Assembly (NCBI GenBank): GCA_041749335.1
Contig: JBGTBM010000009.1
Coordinates: 179 to 64,178 of the forward strand
From: Patescibacteria group bacterium
GTDB taxonomy: Bacteria; Patescibacteriota; JABMPQ01
Length of the DNA stretch: 64,000 bases
Direction: 5' to 3'
Shown: one piece after another, positions 39,421 through 49,736 of the stretch
Layout of the letters: each line of letters opens with the position of its first letter
Position numbering within the stretch: the first letter of the stretch is position 1
Position numbers and translations under genes: made by a program
The notes under the pieces: generated by a model
What the model saw: the letters and a program-made list of their open reading frames with translations, nothing else
Database searches by the model: none
Told to the model about the DNA's origin: nothing

Positions 39421-40573
39421 AAGAATTATTGTCGACATTATTAATTAATTTTTTATAATTTATTTCTAGATCCTTACAAATTTTCGAAATATTAAAATTG
39501 TTTATAGTGTGTTTTTGTCCATTTAATCCTATACAATCTCTTAATTCCGTATTTTTTAATAATTCTATTGTTTTTTTTGCGTATTTTATTGGATCATTTT
39601 CAATAATAATATCCTGATTGTTTTTAGCGTCAATTCCATATGCACCTATGCTCGTAGTTATTACCGGCATCCCCGCAGCCATAGCTTCAAGAATTTTAAC
39701 TTTGATTCCACTTCCCCATGTTATTGGTGCCACAAAAACCTTATAAAAAGTAAAATGATCTTTAACATCACTAACTTCTCCACAAAGTATTATATTTTTA
39801 CTTTTCATCATTGATATTTTTTCATAATATTTTCCAATAATATAGAATTTTGCCCGTGGTATTTTTAATAAGATTTCAGGAAATATATTCTTAATGAAAT
39901 AATTTACAGCATCAATATTCGCATAATGTTTAAAATTTCCGATAAATAATAATGAATCTTCTTTAATAATATTTCTTTTTTTATTATACTCATTGACCTT
40001 TAGGCCTATTGGGCAAACTTGGATGTTTAAATTATTATTTTCCTTTTTTATTAATAGTTTATCGTCTTTACTTCTCGTTAATATTAACTCCGCATGCTTT
40101 AATATCTGCATTTCTACTTTTTTAACAATCCAATATTTTATTAAATTTAATATTTTAGATGTACCCTTGCTATATTGATATCGAGTCTGCCTACTGCCAA
40201 ATAATACATCTACCTCACTTATTACTATTTTTTTGTGTTTTATAAAAGGAGAATATAACCCACATAATGTATATTCTATATGGACTATTTGAATATCGTA
40301 AATTTTAATAATATTATTTATTTCTAATAAAAATTCAGTAAAATAATTTTTAATGAATTTTATAGGATTTTTATGAAATTTTAATTTATTAAAAACTTTT
40401 AAATAGGCACAATACTTCATTAGATTATCCATTTCTTCCTTTTCATAGCCCTCTATCCGTGAAATAAAATAGATATCATTTTTTTTTGATAATTCTTTTA
40501 TTAAATTAAGCATATACACCCCCCCTCCATGAAATCTTGAAGGAAAATGAGTTGAAACAATTAATATTCGCAT
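39419..40573 (-). CDS. Glycosyltransferase family 4
   Basis: MRILIVSTHFPSRFHGGGVYM at the N-terminus and a C-terminal GT-B domain. Confidence 0.75.
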   Translation of the reverse strand: MRILIVSTHFPSRFHGGGVYMLNLIKELSKKNDIYFISRIEGYEKEEMDNLMKYCAYLKVFNKLKFHKNPIKFIKNYFTEFLLEINNIIKIYDIQIVHIEYTLCGLYSPFIKHKKIVISEVDVLFGSRQTRYQYSKGTSKILNLIKYWIVKKVEMQILKHAELILTRSKDDKLLIKKENNNLNIQVCPIGLKVNEYNKKRNIIKEDSLLFIGNFKHYANIDAVNYFIKNIFPEILLKIPRAKFYIIGKYYEKISMMKSKNIILCGEVSDVKDHFTFYKVFVAPITWGSGIKVKILEAMAAGMPVITTSIGAYGIDAKNNQDIIIENDPIKYAKKTIELLKNTELRDCIGLNGQKHTINNFNISKICKDLEINYKKLINNVDNNS

Positions 40574-40616
40574 ATATTTCCTATTTCTTTTATAATTTTA
40601 TATTATTTTAATTAAT

Positions 40617-41400
40617 TTACTTTAATTTACATACAAATATTGTCCCCGCACAACATATCCATGGAGATATTGACTTTAATATTCCTTCTAATTTATTTCC
40701 GATTCCATTTAATTCATATTTTTTATTTTTTGCTCGTAGAAATGGGAAGTCCATATAAAAACCCATACTTTTAGGTTTTTTAAAATCATCGGCTGCAATT
40801 TCAACAATTTGAAAACCATTCCTAAGTAAAATCTTTTTAAATTTATTTTTTGTAAAACGATATTCGCCAAAAACCATTTTACATCCATTGATTTTATTTA
40901 ATAAAACAAATATATTTTTTATATGATTTATAAATAATCTTCTGATAAAATTTTGAGTTGGAATTGTTATAATCAGATAACCATTTTTTCTTAAAACCCT
41001 TCTCATTTCATCCAAGGCCCCTTGGGGACCCTCCTTAAAATGTTCCACCACTCCTAATGAAATTATTACATCAAAATAATTATTTGGATATTTTATATCT
41101 AATATATTTCCTTTTTCAATTTTAATATTACTTCCAGATAATTTTATTTTTTTTATATATAGCATCATCACTTAACTCTATCCCTTGAATATCATATCCT
41201 TGACTATTTAAATAGAATACCCACCTTCCTAATCCGCATCCCGCCTCTAATATTTTATGAGTTTTTTTTAAATACTTATTAAATATATCATCTACATTTT
41301 GGTATTTACACAATGCAATTCCTTCATTTATTGATTGACCCAACCAACATTGGCCTAAAGTATCTCTATTATTTTCTTTTTGATAATGTATATAAGTCAT
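40617..41400 (-). pseudogene. SAM-dependent methyltransferase disrupted by a frameshift at an A8 (plus-strand T8) homopolymer
   Basis: ORF 41128-41400 carries motif I ILEAGCGLGRW. ORF 40617-41171 carries FDVIISLGVVEHF and LRKNGYLII. The frame switches within the T8 run at 41147-41154. Confidence 0.65.
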
Positions 41401-42374
41401 TTTCTCACTACCTTTCTTCGTTTAATAATATATTTAGGTATCAAACAAAATGCGTTAAAATTTGCTTTTACTAAAATTATAGTCATTTTCCATATTCCGA
41501 TATTTTCTTTTAATTTTTCAACCGATTCATTTTTATTAAAAAAATAAGAAATTTTTAATTTAATATTTCGTAAAGGAAATAATAAAAGATCGAATAATGC
41601 TAGATTTTTAATAGCTGTCAAAATTGAATTCCGCTCACAATAAAAAGATTTGAAGGGAGATGCTACTCCTCCTGTTTTAGAATGAAGGTGGATTAACTTT
41701 GCATTCGCAGATAGATATGATATATAACCCATACTTCGCATCCTAAAACCAATGTCATAATCTTCTGTATATGCAAAAAAATCTTCATCAAAAAATTCTT
41801 TATCTCTGGCAATTATTTTTTTCACCATCTCCCTTTTAAAAAGCGCTGCAACTCCACCAGCAGCAAAAACCTCAGAATCTGTGTTAAGTTCTGGAATTTG
41901 TTCATCGGTCATTCCATATCCCATTGATACCCCCCCCTTTTTATTAATATGTATGCTTTTACTAAACTCTAATCCTGCGTTTTGAATCGTCTTCCCATCA
42001 CTAAAATATGCCTTACTTGTTACAGAGCCAATTAAATTATTTTTTTGAGCAGTTTTAATTAAATTATTTAACCAATTTTTCTCAACAATAGTATCATTAT
42101 TTAAGCAAATTATATATTTTATGTTTTTATCAGTAAGGGCATTCTTAATTCCTTCATTATTACCTTTGGCATATCCATAATTTTTATTAAGTTTAATTAT
42201 TTTTACTTTATTAAAAAATTTTTTTACAAAATTTACGCTATCATCTACAGAACCATTATCAACCAGATATATTACAAAATTTTTATATGTTTGATTGTAC
42301 AAAGAATTCAAACAATCATTTAAATATTCTTTACCATTCCAATTAACAATTATTATTGCTACGTTATCTCTCAT
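41397..42374 (-). CDS. Glycosyltransferase family 2
   Basis: VAIIIVNWNGKEYL...VIYLVDNGSVDDS. Confidence 0.8.
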   Translation of the reverse strand: MRDNVAIIIVNWNGKEYLNDCLNSLYNQTYKNFVIYLVDNGSVDDSVNFVKKFFNKVKIIKLNKNYGYAKGNNEGIKNALTDKNIKYIICLNNDTIVEKNWLNNLIKTAQKNNLIGSVTSKAYFSDGKTIQNAGLEFSKSIHINKKGGVSMGYGMTDEQIPELNTDSEVFAAGGVAALFKREMVKKIIARDKEFFDEDFFAYTEDYDIGFRMRSMGYISYLSANAKLIHLHSKTGGVASPFKSFYCERNSILTAIKNLALFDLLLFPLRNIKLKISYFFNKNESVEKLKENIGIWKMTIILVKANFNAFCLIPKYIIKRRKVVRK

Positions 42375-42439
42375 TATTTTAATTTCATCTACTATTATTT
42401 CAAATTTATTTATAAATATTAATTATTTATAATTTAAGT

Positions 42440-43738
42440 TTATATTTCATTAATAGTATATAAATATTTTCCGTTTTTTAAACAATTAATATTTTTTACA
42501 AATTCCCAATCTATTTTACAGCTTTGTCCCATCACTTTTTTAATTGATTTTTCGATTCTATTTCTGTTCTCTTCAAATAATGTCTTCCTTTCTAAAACAA
42601 CCTTAATAAGTATTTTATTATAATTCTTTTGAATTACTTGAAATTTTTTAATATAGCCTTGATTATAAATTACCCCTATGAAATGTATAAAATATTCCGC
42701 GGGTATAATTTTACCCTCTTTCGTCGTAAATATACTTATTTCCCTACCCTCAACTTTTTCTAAATAACTCCAATTTTCACCTCTAATACCAATATCACCT
42801 ATTTCATATCTAATAAAAGGCATTGAGTAATTATTTAAATTAGTGATATAAATCTTATTATTTTCTAATACTTCTAAATAATTATTCCAAAAACTCAATT
42901 TCAATCCTTGATTAGTATTATCATCACACGCCATATCCCCAACTTCCCTTGATCCATATCGATTAAAAACTTTTGTTTTAAAAACTTCTTCGATCTTCTG
43001 TTTTATTTCTGGATATAGCGTACCAGCGGAAGTTAAAATTCCTTTAGGACTATACATTTTAAAATTATTTCTTTGAATAAATTTAGCGAATTCAGACATT
43101 GACTGAACATATGCCTCTACCCAAACCGGCTTAAACTTATTCCAATCTTTTACAAATTTTCTCATATTCTTTTCTGACATTTTAAAACTATTTAATTCTT
43201 TTCTATTATATAAAAAGTTTTTTAAACGCGTTGAGAACATTTCCTTGTCCAGTAATAAATCCCTCTCTGATCCCCATAAGCGCAATTCTCTATACCCCAT
43301 ATCTTGCTTAGCAAAAGTCTTAAAATATATTTTGTTAGCAATATTCCAATCACTATAATTTTTATCTTAAAGAAATCTTACCGGCTCACCTGTGCTTCCA
43401 CCAGAAGTATTTTCGTAGAATCCTCTTTTTTTGTAATCTTTAGAATATAAATTACTCCCTTCGCTTCTAATTATTTCTTTTGTAAGAATGGGAATTTTAT
43501 TGAAATTTTCCAAATATACTTTATTATTTTTAACAACTCCGGCCACTGCTAAAATCTTATGATAATATAGAACATTCTCGTAGGCATGCTTTAGTATTTT
43601 TTTAAGCTTTTCCTTTTGATATTTCTCCTTTTCCGATAAAGAAAAATTATTAATTTTTTTTATTTCTTTTATGTTTCCAGAAATTTTACTGCCAGCTAGA
43701 TAAAGGAAGAAATATATTATTGGTTTACGCCAGTTCAT
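42440..43738 (-). pseudogene. CapK/PaaK-like adenylate-forming enzyme (phenylacetate-CoA ligase family) interrupted by an in-frame TAA
   Basis: The upstream ORF ends ...TSGGSTGEPVRFL* (AMP-binding motif). The same reading frame continues after the TAA at 43367-43369 (minus strand) as DKNYSDW... into ORF 42440-43300. Confidence 0.65.
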
Positions 43739-44864
43739 CTTTTTTAATTATATCCCTATATATAAGAAAATACTTATTGGCCATATTATCCCAGCTCATT
43801 TTTTCAGCCTTATTTCTACTTTCCCACTTCATTTTTTTAAGTCTTTGCCTATCTGTATATAGATTTTCCAGACTTTTATATATGTCATTTATATTTTTTT
43901 TATTTATAATAATGCCGTTTCTCTTATCGATTAATTCTCTTGTGCCTCCGGTATCAGTTGAGATTATTGCCAACCCAGATGACATTGCCTCTAATAATGA
44001 ATTACTCATCCCTTCATTAAGAGAAGGAAGCACAAATACATCAGATTTTTTATAATAATCATTTATATTATTATGATCAATTGTACCTAATATATTAATT
44101 TTATCTTTGAGGCCAGATTTAATTACTTTTTCTTCTATTTTTTCCCTTAAATTGCCATCTCCTATTATAATCAAGTCACTTTCTTTATATTTCTTATTGA
44201 ATTTAATAAACGCATCAATTAAGTAATTTATTCCTTTTCTTTTAATAAGACGCGATGTTGAAATTATAGTAAATTTATTATTTTCCCTTTTTTGAGGTTT
44301 AAATTTTTCAAAATCAATCCCATTATAAATTACTTCGAAATTTTGTTCTGCGCAGCTCCTTTCCGCTAATATTTTTAATCCTTCAGAATTAGTTACTACT
44401 CGTTTTGATCTTTCCCAAATATTTTTACTTAATCTCTGAAAAATTATTTTATCCAACCAATAAAATCTTTTGTTATAAAAAGGAACATCGCTTCCGCGTA
44501 AACTGACAATATAAGGTAAGTCAAGTTTCATTGCAATATAGCCACATGGAATTCCAAAAAAAGCATGGACTAAATCAAAATTATTTTTTTTATTTAATTT
44601 TTTACAAAATAAATAAGCCCTAAGGGTATAATTTAATATATCTTTATTGCTCTGATAGTGTAAATTTCCCTTTTTACCGATATTTAAAAAGTATATTTTG
44701 ACATTGTCGCTAATATTTTTCTCTTGATATTTGCCTATTGATGAAGTGACTAAAGTAATATTAATATTTTTTTCTTTGGCCAATTCTTTTAATAAATAAT
44801 AAGTCGCATTGCCCGCGCCTCCTCCGAGTGGTGGATATTCATAGTTCAACATTAAAATATTCAT
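43725..44864 (-). CDS. Glycosyltransferase family 4
   Basis: MNILMLNYEYPPLGGGAGNAT at the N-terminus and a C-terminal GT-B domain. Confidence 0.8.
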   Translation of the reverse strand: MNILMLNYEYPPLGGGAGNATYYLLKELAKEKNINITLVTSSIGKYQEKNISDNVKIYFLNIGKKGNLHYQSNKDILNYTLRAYLFCKKLNKKNNFDLVHAFFGIPCGYIAMKLDLPYIVSLRGSDVPFYNKRFYWLDKIIFQRLSKNIWERSKRVVTNSEGLKILAERSCAEQNFEVIYNGIDFEKFKPQKRENNKFTIISTSRLIKRKGINYLIDAFIKFNKKYKESDLIIIGDGNLREKIEEKVIKSGLKDKINILGTIDHNNINDYYKKSDVFVLPSLNEGMSNSLLEAMSSGLAIISTDTGGTRELIDKRNGIIINKKNINDIYKSLENLYTDRQRLKKMKWESRNKAEKMSWDNMANKYFLIYRDIIKKDELA

Positions 44865-44895
44865 AAAATAAATTTATTAATATCTAAACATTATT

Positions 44896-44930
44896 AAAAA
44901 AAGCCGAATTTGTCTATAATTCGGCTTATT
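44896..44930 (-). terminator. Rho-independent terminator downstream of the GC-rich lipoprotein gene
   Basis: agccgaatt-tgtctat-aattcggct hairpin with a T-run on the minus strand (A7 on plus). Confidence 0.6.
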
Positions 44931-44938
44931 AACATTTT

Positions 44939-46081
44939 TTATGGTTGAAATTTTGAAAAGTAATTATAAATTTTACTTTCCGACCAGGCTTCATTATACA
45001 CAACAATTTCATCAATTAAACCCTGGTAATACCTTAAGGTATTACCATCAGTTCCAATTTTGATTATTCCCCCGGGTACAAAAGAAGCTATAGTCTTGCT
45101 GTTTTCCAACATTCCATTAATAATAATGCGTAGATTAGATCCATCGAAAGTAAAGGCCAGATGGGTCCAATCATTATTAATCACATCGGAAGTTGAAAGC
45201 AACCCTGATTGCATTGTAGCAACCCATTTAATAGAAACGCCATCATTCCACATCATTAATCCAGGCAAGTCATCATTCTTCCAAAAAACATATTTCTTAT
45301 CATTAACAGTAGATGGCTTAACCCATGCCATTATAGTATAACCACTGCTGATCGAATCCAAGCTCGCCGAATCCGCCACCTCAATATAACCATCAACTCC
45401 GTTAAATTGAGCCGAACAGCTATCTTGATCTTCACCCGGAACAAAATCCCCGGCATTGCAAGCCAAACTCGCTCCGCCGTATGCCACGCCATTATTGCCA
45501 TTTCCGGAAAGATCGGCCACGTACGTAGGCCAGGTGGTCCAGGCATCGCCGAACTGAAACAGCAGCTTTAGGCTGCCGCAATCCTCGTCAATCTGCCCGT
45601 CGCAGTTATTATCCAAGCCGTCACACACCTCATGACCGCCCATTGAAACACTGCACTGGTATTCACAGCCATCGGCCGGATCATCGTTTTGATCCCACCA
45701 AGTATGCGAAGTTCCTGATACCAAACATTCTGCGACCTGACATTGCCCCAAGATACATTCCGCAGTTGCATTCGGCAGATTGCAGACATTGCCGCAATAA
45801 CCGCAGTTATTGGGATTATTCTGCAAATCAAAGACCTCATCAATCTGGCCGTTGCAGTTATTGTCCGCCCCATCGCAGATTTCCACACCGCCGTTGGTCG
45901 GTACGCACGCGTCATTGTTATTATTGACGTTGGTATCCGGCTGAACTTCTGCGTCCGTCATCCCCGAATCATTATTATGATTCGGCGGCAAAAGTCCGGT
46001 AGCATCAAAAACACATCCCGACAGCGTAATCGCCATTGCAAGCAGATATACGAGATTCAATTCAAATCTTTTCAAAACCAT
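44939..46081 (-). CDS. Secreted lipoprotein with MopE-like Cys-rich metal-binding repeats and a C-terminal LamG/concanavalin-like domain
   Basis: Lipobox LSGC. Repeats CDGADNNCNGQIDE and CDGLDNNCDGQIDEDC. LamG-like C-terminus. GC content is visibly higher than the surrounding DNA, producing many spurious overlapping ORFs in the track. Confidence 0.6.
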   Translation of the reverse strand: MVLKRFELNLVYLLAMAITLSGCVFDATGLLPPNHNNDSGMTDAEVQPDTNVNNNNDACVPTNGGVEICDGADNNCNGQIDEVFDLQNNPNNCGYCGNVCNLPNATAECILGQCQVAECLVSGTSHTWWDQNDDPADGCEYQCSVSMGGHEVCDGLDNNCDGQIDEDCGSLKLLFQFGDAWTTWPTYVADLSGNGNNGVAYGGASLACNAGDFVPGEDQDSCSAQFNGVDGYIEVADSASLDSISSGYTIMAWVKPSTVNDKKYVFWKNDDLPGLMMWNDGVSIKWVATMQSGLLSTSDVINNDWTHLAFTFDGSNLRIIINGMLENSKTIASFVPGGIIKIGTDGNTLRYYQGLIDEIVVYNEAWSESKIYNYFSKFQP

Positions 46082-46086
46082 AATTT

Positions 46087-46158
46087 CCTCCTTTTTCTCT
46101 TGTTTTCAAAGAACATTTTTTCTGTTTACACCATATAACTTTTAATCTATTTTGTCAA
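46087..46158 (-). promoter_or_regulatory. Promoter plus strong RBS of the lipoprotein gene
   Basis: On the minus strand: TTGACA (plus 46153-46158), a 17-nt spacer, then TATGGT (plus 46130-46135). AGGAGG (plus 46087-46092) sits 5 nt before the ATG. Confidence 0.45.
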
Positions 46159-46210
46159 TATTTTTTACATAATAAAAAACTTAACAAAAATGCTAAGTTT
46201 TTTATAAAAT

Positions 46211-47500
46211 TTATCTTCCTATTCCAACATAATGATATCCCATTTTTTCCATATCGGCTCCCGCCAAAAGATTCCTTCCGTCGATTAAAATATGGGGCTC
46301 TTTAATTAAATTTTTTATTTTATCATAGTCCAATTCTTTAAATTCCGGCCATTCGGTAGCGATAATTACCGCCTTAGCGTCTTTTACCGCAGCATAAGGA
46401 TTATCATGAAATTTTACCGTACCGTTTAACGCGTTATGAGCGTTTTTAGCGGCTTTTGGATCATAAGTAGATACATTCGCACCTAATCCCGTCAAAATGC
46501 GAATAATATCAATTGCGGCCGATTCTCTAATATCATCGGTATTGGCTTTAAATGCCAACCCCAATACCGCGATATTTTGTCCATTTAAATTGCCCAACAG
46601 TTCTTCCAACTTATCTATAACAATTAATCTTTGTTTATTATTTACCTCAATTACCGCTTTTAATAGCTTAAAATCATATCCTTTGGTTCCCGCGATCTGG
46701 TTAAGCGCGTTAACATCTTTGGGAAAGCACGAACCGCCATAACCGATTCCCGCCTGAAGGAATTTGGGACCGATTCTCTTATCAAAACCCATGCCTCTGG
46801 CTACATCTTCCACATCAGCGCCCACCCGCTCACAAATATTTGCAATTTCATTTATAAAAGAAATTTTTGTCGCTAAAAAAGCGTTGCTAGCATATTTAAT
46901 CATTTCCGCGCTTTCTACCGAGACGGTAATTTTAGGATAATCCAAGGGTTCATAAATCTTTAGCATTATATCCCTGGCCCGATTACTATTGGCACCAATT
47001 ACGATGCGATCCGGCTCCATAAAATCCTGGACTGCTGATCCCTCCCTTAAAAATTCAGGGTTGGAAACCACATCAAAATCTCCCTTATATTGTTCCCTAA
47101 TGATATCCGTAACCAACTTGCCTGTTCCAACAGGTACCGTGCTTTTATCAACTATTACCTTGTAATCCTTAATATTCTCGGCAATTTCTCCAGCCACCGC
47201 TTCCACATATTGCAAATCCGCCTTGCCATCCTTTCGAGAAGGCGTGCCCACCGCAATAAAAACAACTTCGACATTATCTAAAACATCCTTGAGTGAATTG
47301 GAAAAATTTAACCTGCCGCTTTTTACTTCGTCTAAAACAACTTTTTCTAATCCCGGTTCATAGATTGGGATCTCGCCTTGCTTTATTCTATTGATTTTTT
47401 CTTGGTCGACATCAACGCAGGTGGTATTATTGCCCAATTTTGCTAAACATGCTCCGGCTACCAAACCCACATATCCGGTACCAACTACAGCAATATTCAT
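46211..47500 (-). CDS. ugd: UDP-glucose 6-dehydrogenase
   Basis: N-terminal Rossmann fold VVGTGYVGLV and the catalytic-Cys motif GGSCFPKD. Confidence 0.85.
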   Translation of the reverse strand: MNIAVVGTGYVGLVAGACLAKLGNNTTCVDVDQEKINRIKQGEIPIYEPGLEKVVLDEVKSGRLNFSNSLKDVLDNVEVVFIAVGTPSRKDGKADLQYVEAVAGEIAENIKDYKVIVDKSTVPVGTGKLVTDIIREQYKGDFDVVSNPEFLREGSAVQDFMEPDRIVIGANSNRARDIMLKIYEPLDYPKITVSVESAEMIKYASNAFLATKISFINEIANICERVGADVEDVARGMGFDKRIGPKFLQAGIGYGGSCFPKDVNALNQIAGTKGYDFKLLKAVIEVNNKQRLIVIDKLEELLGNLNGQNIAVLGLAFKANTDDIRESAAIDIIRILTGLGANVSTYDPKAAKNAHNALNGTVKFHDNPYAAVKDAKAVIIATEWPEFKELDYDKIKNLIKEPHILIDGRNLLAGADMEKMGYHYVGIGR

Positions 47501-47511
47501 ATTTTTATATT

Positions 47512-48678
47512 TTATAATTCTAATACTTTTTTTAAATCATCCGCTTTATCCGTTTTTTCCCAAGAGAAACCTTCTTCATTGCGTCCAAAATGCCCATACG
47601 CCGCGGTTCGAAGATAAATTGGCCTTTGTAAATCCAGTGTTTCAATAATTCCCGATGGTGTTAAATCAAAATTATCTCTAATTAGCTGAACTAATTTTTC
47701 CTCGCTTATTTTTCCGGTTCCCTTGGTATCCGCCATTATAGAAACCGGCTCAGGATAGCCAATCGCGTAAGATATTTGCACTTCACAGACATCGGCCAAA
47801 TCGGCTGCAACAATATTTTTGGCGATATATCTTGCCATATAGGCTCCCGATCGATCTTGTTTGTTAGGTCCTTTGCCACTGAAGCATCCACCACCATGCG
47901 TCCCGCGCCCACCATAGGTATCTACAATTATCTTTCGTCCGGTTAGTCCGGTATCTCCGTGCGGCCCGCCAATTACAAATCTACCCGTCTCATTAACATA
48001 ATACTTGGTATTTTCATCAAGATATTCACCGCACATTGGCTTAATAACCTGCTTTATTATGTCTTCTCTCAATTTTGTCAATTCAATATCTTCATCGTGC
48101 TGCGCCGCGATTACCACCGCCTCAACTCTTTTCGGTTGGCCGTTTTCATATTCCACCGATACTTGCGACTTTCCGTCCGGGCGAAGATAGGAAAGAATTT
48201 TTTCTTTTCTCACGCGAGCTAATTCTCGAGTTAATTTATGAGCCAGCATAATCGGTAGCGGCATTAATTCTTCGGTTTCCTTGCAGGCATAGCCAAACAT
48301 CATCCCCTGGTCGCCGGCACCCATTGACCTTTGTTCATCTTCCACTTCTCCCATCGCTATATCAGCGCTCTGTTCATCTATCACATTCATAACAGCGCAG
48401 CTTTTATAATCAATGCCATAATCGGCATTAGTATAACCAATATTTTTTAAAACCCCGCGAACAATTTTCGGAATATCGACATAATGTTTGGTAGTGATCT
48501 CTCCGCCCACCAATACCATGCCGGTAGTGGTAAATGCTTCACAACAACATTTTCCTTTTGAATCATGGGCAATAATTTCATCTAAAACCGCGTCGGATAT
48601 CTGATCACAAATTTTGTCCGGATGTCCTTCGGTCACTGACTCTGATGTAAAAATATAATTGCTTTTTTTATCTTTCAT
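47512..48678 (-). CDS. metK: S-adenosylmethionine synthetase
   Basis: [16 protein letters not shown] and a C-terminal GGGAFSGKD-like block. Confidence 0.9.
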   Translation of the reverse strand: MKDKKSNYIFTSESVTEGHPDKICDQISDAVLDEIIAHDSKGKCCCEAFTTTGMVLVGGEITTKHYVDIPKIVRGVLKNIGYTNADYGIDYKSCAVMNVIDEQSADIAMGEVEDEQRSMGAGDQGMMFGYACKETEELMPLPIMLAHKLTRELARVRKEKILSYLRPDGKSQVSVEYENGQPKRVEAVVIAAQHDEDIELTKLREDIIKQVIKPMCGEYLDENTKYYVNETGRFVIGGPHGDTGLTGRKIIVDTYGGRGTHGGGCFSGKGPNKQDRSGAYMARYIAKNIVAADLADVCEVQISYAIGYPEPVSIMADTKGTGKISEEKLVQLIRDNFDLTPSGIIETLDLQRPIYLRTAAYGHFGRNEEGFSWEKTDKADDLKKVLEL

Positions 48679-48695
48679 AATATCTCTATTATTTA

Positions 48696-49691
48696 TTAAA
48701 AATTACACGATAAATGTTTGCTTTTTTGTTTTATGATATCGGATTTTACCATTAGCTCCACCAGCTGATTAAAAGTCGTTTTGGGCTTCCAACCCAGCTG
48801 TTTTTTCGCCTTGGAATAATCTCCCAATAATACGTCCACTTCGGCCGGACGGAAAAATCTTTTATCTATTTTAATGTATTTTTGCCAATCTTTGATGCCG
48901 GCGGCGGAAAATGCTTCACGCACAAAATCTTTAACCGAATGCGTTTCTCCCGACGCAATAACATAATCATCCGGCTTATTTTGCTGCAGCATCATCCACA
49001 TCGCTTCCACGTAATCTTTGGCATATCCCCAGTCTCTTTTCGCTTCTAAATTTCCTAAATATAAATATTTTTGCTTGCCTAAAGATATTTTTGCCACCGC
49101 GTCCGTTATTTTTCTGGTAACGAACTCCAATCCTCTTCTTTCCGATTCGTGATTAAAAAGTATGCCCGAACAAGCAAACATATTATAACTTTCCCGATAA
49201 TTTATCGTCAGCCAATGTCCATATAACTTTGCTACCGCATAGGGACTGCGCGGATGAAATCGAGTTTCTTCGGTTTGCGGCATCTCGTGAATCTTGCCAT
49301 ACATCTCGCTGGATGATGCTTGATAAAACTTTATTTTGGGATTGATATATCGTATTGCTTCTAACATATTGGTTACTCCCAGCCCCGTTACCATGCCGGT
49401 AACATATGGCTGTTCAAAGGACGTTGAGACAAAACTTTGCGCGGCTAAATTATAAACTTCATCGGGCTTGGATTTTCTCAGCGCCAGCATGATTGATCCC
49501 ATATCGGTTAAATCGGCATAAATTAATTCAATTTTATCCAAAAGATGGATAATATTTCCCATATGATTGCTGCTCGTTCTTCTAAACGTGCCAAAAACCC
49601 GGTAGCCTTTTTCTAGAAGTAATTCAGCTAAATATGAACCGTCTTGGCCGCTGATGCCGGTAATCAATGCTCTCTTTTTTGTTTTCGCCAT
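48696..49691 (-). CDS. gmd: GDP-mannose 4,6-dehydratase
   Basis: [25 protein letters not shown] is the Gmd signature N-terminus. Confidence 0.85.
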   Translation of the reverse strand: MAKTKKRALITGISGQDGSYLAELLLEKGYRVFGTFRRTSSNHMGNIIHLLDKIELIYADLTDMGSIMLALRKSKPDEVYNLAAQSFVSTSFEQPYVTGMVTGLGVTNMLEAIRYINPKIKFYQASSSEMYGKIHEMPQTEETRFHPRSPYAVAKLYGHWLTINYRESYNMFACSGILFNHESERRGLEFVTRKITDAVAKISLGKQKYLYLGNLEAKRDWGYAKDYVEAMWMMLQQNKPDDYVIASGETHSVKDFVREAFSAAGIKDWQKYIKIDKRFFRPAEVDVLLGDYSKAKKQLGWKPKTTFNQLVELMVKSDIIKQKSKHLSCNF

Positions 49692-49736
49692 GTTTTTTTG
49701 TTAAATAAAAAATACTCTTTAAAAAATTAAACTATA

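Noticed and set aside
43725-44055. ORF 43720-44055 (+) overlapping the GT4 gene
   Set aside because: It is antisense to a GT4 ORF with clear homology. It is a hydrophobic, low-complexity translation of AT-rich DNA.
45060-46138. Five overlapping ORFs on both strands (45060-45341, 45331-45546, 45568-45915, 45643-45927, 45743-46138)
   Set aside because: They are artefacts of locally elevated GC within the lipoprotein gene 44939-46081. They are Arg/Ala-rich and have no motifs.
46170-46205. Weak hairpin aactta-N10-taagtt as a terminator for ugd
   Set aside because: It is an AT-only 6-bp stem. That is too weak to call on its own, although a T-run follows on the minus strand.
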